Below, piece by piece: positions 29,141 to 32,000 of a stretch of DNA of 32,000 bases; the first letter of the stretch is position 1, and the number at the start of each line of letters is the position of its first letter. The notes beneath the pieces were generated by a model. That model saw nothing but the letters and a program-made list of their open reading frames with translations. It ran no database searches and was not told the origin of the DNA. This DNA comes from Trichodesmium erythraeum IMS101 (GTDB lineage: Bacteria > Cyanobacteriota > Cyanobacteriia > Cyanobacteriales > Microcoleaceae). Where the stretch lies: contig NC_008312.1 in the NCBI RefSeq assembly GCF_000014265.1, forward strand, positions 3,750,001-3,782,000, in the 5' to 3' direction. A program made the translations under genes and the position numbers.

Positions 29141-29968
29141 ATGGAGAATGCTGCCAAGGCGATCGCTCATCTAGTAGAAATGGGAGTTGCCTTCGACCGC
29201 AAAGGAAAAAAACTGGCAATGACTCTCGAAGCTGCTCACTCTCATCCCCGGGTACTTCATTCAGCAGATACCACAGGTAGAGCTATTATTGATACACTCG
29301 TTATTGAAGCTCAAGAACGTCCAAATATTTAGATAATTTCCCAGGCAGTAGCATTAAATTTGTGGTTAGCCACACAAAAGGCTCGGGTTCAAGGTATTAG
29401 TCTTCTTCACGAAAGTAAAATCCAATGTTTAAAATCCTCTGTAGTAGTTTTGGCAACAGGTGGAGGCGGTCAAATATTTGCCCAAACTACTAATCCTGAG
29501 GTGAGTACGGGGAATGGAATTGCTATAGCGTGGCGTGCCGGGGCAGTTTTGCGAGATTTGGAATTTTTCCAATTTCATCCTACTGCCTTAATTAAACCAG
29601 GAGCACCTCGTTTTCTCATTAGTGAAGCTGTTCGTGGAGAAGGAGCGCACCTAATAGACAATAAGGGAAACCGCTTTGCCTTTGAGTATCATCCGGCTGG
29701 AGAGTTAGCTCCTAGAGATGTTGTCAGTAGAGCTATTTTCCATCATTTGCACAAAACTGCTACCAAGCCTACCAATGCTCATGTTTATTTGGACTTGCGA
29801 GCCATTGACTCAGACCGCGTTCGCGACAGATTTCCCAATATTATCAATGTCTGTCAAAAATGGGGTATTGATGTTTTTCAAGAACCTATTCCGGTTGCTC
29901 CTGCTGCTCATTATTGGATGGGTGGAGTGGCTTGCGATCTAATGAGTCAGACTTCAATTCCCGGACTA
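29141..29968 (+). pseudogene. nadB: Internal fragment of nadB (residues ~90-366), duplicated, with a premature stop
   Basis: It aligns base for base with 18064-18894. A 3-nt indel and several changes sit at the 5' edge, and I counted 9 substitutions between 29171 and 29513, including CAG to TAG at 29330-29332. The last ~455 bp are identical. The fragment lacks the N-terminal FAD-binding fold and the C-terminal third. Tracked ORFs 29129..29332 and 29360..29986 are its two pieces. Confidence 0.92.
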
Positions 29969-30008
29969 ATAGAATTTATCCCTTGATTCAGCAACCCCTG
30001 AATTTGAG

Positions 30009-30038
30009 GCCATAGTCAGCCCAAAATACTAGCTTTTT
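30009..30038 (+). repeat. Right copy of the ~30-nt direct repeat (GCCATAGTCAGCCCAAAATACTAGCTTTTT)
   Basis: See 21014-21044. The orientation is the same, and the two copies are 8994 bp apart measured at the exact 13-mer. Confidence 0.6.
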
Positions 30039-30375
30039 GCACCGAAAAACTGGCACTTTCCTTTTTGGCATCTACCTACTAAACTTTTTTTTCTACCCTC
30101 TTCTTCATTAGTTAGAGTTTTGATATCTTTACCTATGGAGTTGCTTAGAAAAGCCCAATTTCTATGAATAATTTTCCGTTGGTACATTTTTTTGAACTGA
30201 GTAGTAAGACTTACACATTTTTTGGGGCAGAAAAATGCTTGAAAGTCACTGTAGACAAGGAAATTGCATCAAAAATCTAAAAGAGACTAGAACCCTTGGT
30301 GATAAAGGAATCATACCTTTTTCAAGTAAAAGCCTCTGGTTATATATATTTGAGCCTATTTTTGACTGCTTTTTT

Positions 30376-30388
30376 GTGTAAGTCCTGG
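30376..30388 (-). repeat. GTGTAAGTCCTGG, one-mismatch copy of the GCGTAAGTCCTG motif
   Basis: It lies between the nadB fragment and the 3' end of tgt. A weaker relative (gtaagacttacac) sits at ~30205-30217. Confidence 0.5.
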
Positions 30389-30470
30389 TGGTTAATTTTA
30401 CTACTTGACAAGGCTAAAACCAAACCGTAATTTCCAAAGTCTTTGATTATGGTTTTGAATCTCACTTCAA

Positions 30471-31574
30471 CTATCTTAGCCAACTACCAAACTCCGTAAT
30501 AAACCTATCTTTCAAAATAGCATCCCGAATACGTTGGGTAAAACTAATCAATTCTGTAACATTATGCAAAGACAAAAGAGTATAACCCAAAGCTTCCTTT
30601 GCTCTAACCAAATGACTCAGATAAGCTCGACTAAAATTTTGACAACAATAACAAGGACAAAACTCATCAAGTGGTCTAAAATCTTCCTTAAACCTAGCAT
30701 TCTTCAAATTCCACCTCTCACCCCTCACTAATGCTGCCCCATGTCGCCCCAAACGAGTAGGAATCACACAATCAAATAAATCTATACCCTCAGCGATCGC
30801 CCGTACCATTTCCCTATAAGTGCCAACTCCCATCAAATAACGAGGCTTATCCTCTGGCAAGAAAGGAGTTGTCACCTTCACAATATGATCTATTAACTCG
30901 CCTGGTTCTCCTACACTTACCCCACCAATAGCATAACCAGGCAGATCCAAATCTACCAACTGCCTTGCTGCTATAGAACGAAGTTCAGGATAAACACCAC
31001 CTTGAACAATACCAAACAAAGCTTGATCCTGACGTTGATGAGCCTCTATGCAACGCTGCAACCATCGATAAGTGCGATTTGTTGCCAACTCCACCTCTTC
31101 CCAACTCGCTGGATAAGGTGGACACTCATCAAAAGCCATAATTACATCCCCTCCCAATTCATTCTGAATTTGGATCGAGCGTTCTGGAGTTAAATCAATC
31201 ATGCTACCATCATGAGGAGAGCGAAACTTAACTCCTGCTTCGCTAATAGTTCGGATATCTCCTAAGCTAAATACCTGAAATCCTCCAGAGTCAGTTAATA
31301 TTGGCCTATTCCAAGCCATAAATTTATGTAACCCACCAGCACCAGCAACAATACTTTCTCCTGGTTGTAAGTGAAGATGATAAGTATTTGCCAAGATCAT
31401 CTGCGCACCTGCCGCCTCTAACTGAGCAGGTGTGAGAGTTTTTACATTTGCCAAGGTTCCCACAGGCATAAATCTAGGTGTATTTATACTCCCATGAGGA
31501 GTTATAAAAATACCTGCACGAGCTTTTGTATAGCTACAACGAGCCTGAGAATTAAAGGAAAAGTTTTGGGACAT
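30471..31574 (-). CDS. tgt: tRNA-guanine transglycosylase (queuine tRNA-ribosyltransferase)
   Basis: The motifs are [50 protein letters not shown] and PRYLMGVG, plus the zinc motif CPCYCC...H. The tracked ORF starts at a GTG at 31613. The ATG at 31574 ([10 protein letters not shown]) gives an N-terminus of the usual length. Confidence 0.92.
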   Translation of the reverse strand: MSQNFSFNSQARCSYTKARAGIFITPHGSINTPRFMPVGTLANVKTLTPAQLEAAGAQMILANTYHLHLQPGESIVAGAGGLHKFMAWNRPILTDSGGFQVFSLGDIRTISEAGVKFRSPHDGSMIDLTPERSIQIQNELGGDVIMAFDECPPYPASWEEVELATNRTYRWLQRCIEAHQRQDQALFGIVQGGVYPELRSIAARQLVDLDLPGYAIGGVSVGEPGELIDHIVKVTTPFLPEDKPRYLMGVGTYREMVRAIAEGIDLFDCVIPTRLGRHGAALVRGERWNLKNARFKEDFRPLDEFCPCYCCQNFSRAYLSHLVRAKEALGYTLLSLHNVTELISFTQRIRDAILKDRFITEFGSWLR

Positions 31575-31657
31575 AAGATCGATCTTAGATTTTAGTAAGC
31601 GAGAAAATTTCACCTATTTTCTCTAGAATGAGAAATTTAGTCAGAGCCAAAATTTGA

Positions 31658-31801
31658 TTTTAACTTCGCGCCTTCACGCCTTCAACCCTTTGTACCTTTG
31701 CTCCTTCTGATTTTAATCTTACTTCACCAGGGCGCTTCAGATATTCTTACCTCTCTTAAATTTACAATAGCAAGAATTTAACTTCGCGCTTTCGCCCCTT
31801 C
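31658..31801. repeat. Pair of ~25-nt direct repeats in the tgt upstream region
   Basis: The copies are tttaacttcgcgccttcacgccttc (31658-31683) and tttaacttcgcgctttcgccccttc (31777-31801). The first 13 nt are identical, and the copies are spaced 119 nt apart. Confidence 0.5.
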
Positions 31802-31846
31802 TTAGTTCAATAAACATCTCCTATCCCTTATATTTTTCCTTTCTCC

Positions 31847-32000
31847 TTAAAATGGGCAATCATCATCTAACTCTAGATCCCAGTTAGATGACAAGACTTG
31901 ATCCATTACTGCATCAAAAGCTGCAGCATTAATGTTTCTGCTATTTTCTTCTTGCAAGGGGTTTGATAGCGGAATTAGCCTTAACTGACGTCCTTCATTA
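31847..32000 (-). CDS. 3' end of an unidentified CDS running off the window
   Basis: An open minus-strand frame runs from the window edge to a TAA at 31847-31849. It reads ...NEGRQLRLIPLSNPLQEENSRNINAAAFDAVMDQVLSSNWDLELDDDCPF*. I recognise no family, and it is only 50 codons, so it could be chance. Confidence 0.3.
   Translation of the reverse strand, partial: NEGRQLRLIPLSNPLQEENSRNINAAAFDAVMDQVLSSNWDLELDDDCPF

Noticed and set aside
18064-29968. Campbell-type single-crossover integration of a circular element as the origin of the nadB duplication
   Set aside because: That mechanism would leave two reciprocally truncated gene copies. Here one copy is a complete gene and the other is truncated at both ends.
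29129-29986. ORFs 29129..29332 (67 aa) and 29360..29986 (208 aa) as real genes
   Set aside because: They are two pieces of the truncated nadB copy, separated by a TAG. The second starts at TTG and lacks cofactor-binding and C-terminal domains. I called the region a pseudogene instead.
6446-30800. Twelve exact GCGATCGC (HIP1) sites, for example near 6446, 6949, 13583, 14920, 15315, 18085, 19431, 20665, 21916, 27399, 29158 and 30793
   Set aside because: The enrichment is real and far above chance, but this is the well-known cyanobacterial HIP1 palindrome. I used it only as a taxonomic marker, not as a novel feature.
31658-31801. A possible CRISPR array or other repeat-spacer structure
   Set aside because: There are only two imperfect repeats, no further copies and no cas genes. 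This is not a CRISPR array.

Overview
This is an AT-rich cyanobacterial chromosome segment. Supporting signs are 12 exact copies of the HIP1 octamer GCGATCGC, a cyanobacterial-type ClpC, group II introns and many decayed IS copies. Only about half of the window lies in intact genes. The profile looks most like Trichodesmium or another filamentous Oscillatoriales genome, but the taxon is an inference. Housekeeping genes are lysA(-), a rimI-like GNAT(+), clpC(+), a Nu-class GST(-), a convergent nadB(+)/nadA(-) pair, and tgt(-). Mobile or decayed DNA includes one full-length group II intron (8399-10926, minus strand) whose RT/maturase/HNH ORF is split by a single frameshift. There is also a solo 3' stump of a related intron (897-1370). 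A 12.5-16.3 kb tract holds three transposase pseudogenes: IS5/DDE_Tnp_4-like with recognisable inverted repeats, an IS630-like C-terminus, and IS701-like. The most interesting region is a 7.5-kb same-strand cassette at 21486-29021. It encodes an SDMT-like N-methyltransferase, a NADAR/YbiA protein, an MDR reductase, an orphan QueC-like PP-loop/Cys4 protein, a gamma-butyrobetaine-hydroxylase-like 2OG dioxygenase, a PncA-like nicotinamidase and an atypical SDR. The cassette sits directly beside nadB/nadA and is followed by an 828-bp internal fragment of nadB (29141-29968) that is about 99% identical to the real gene and carries a premature TAG. Cassette plus fragment are bracketed by direct copies of a ~30-nt repeat, and copies of a GCGTAAGTCCTG motif flank both nadB copies. 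I saw no rRNA, tRNA or CRISPR array. All family assignments come from reading motifs in the supplied translations; no database search was possible.
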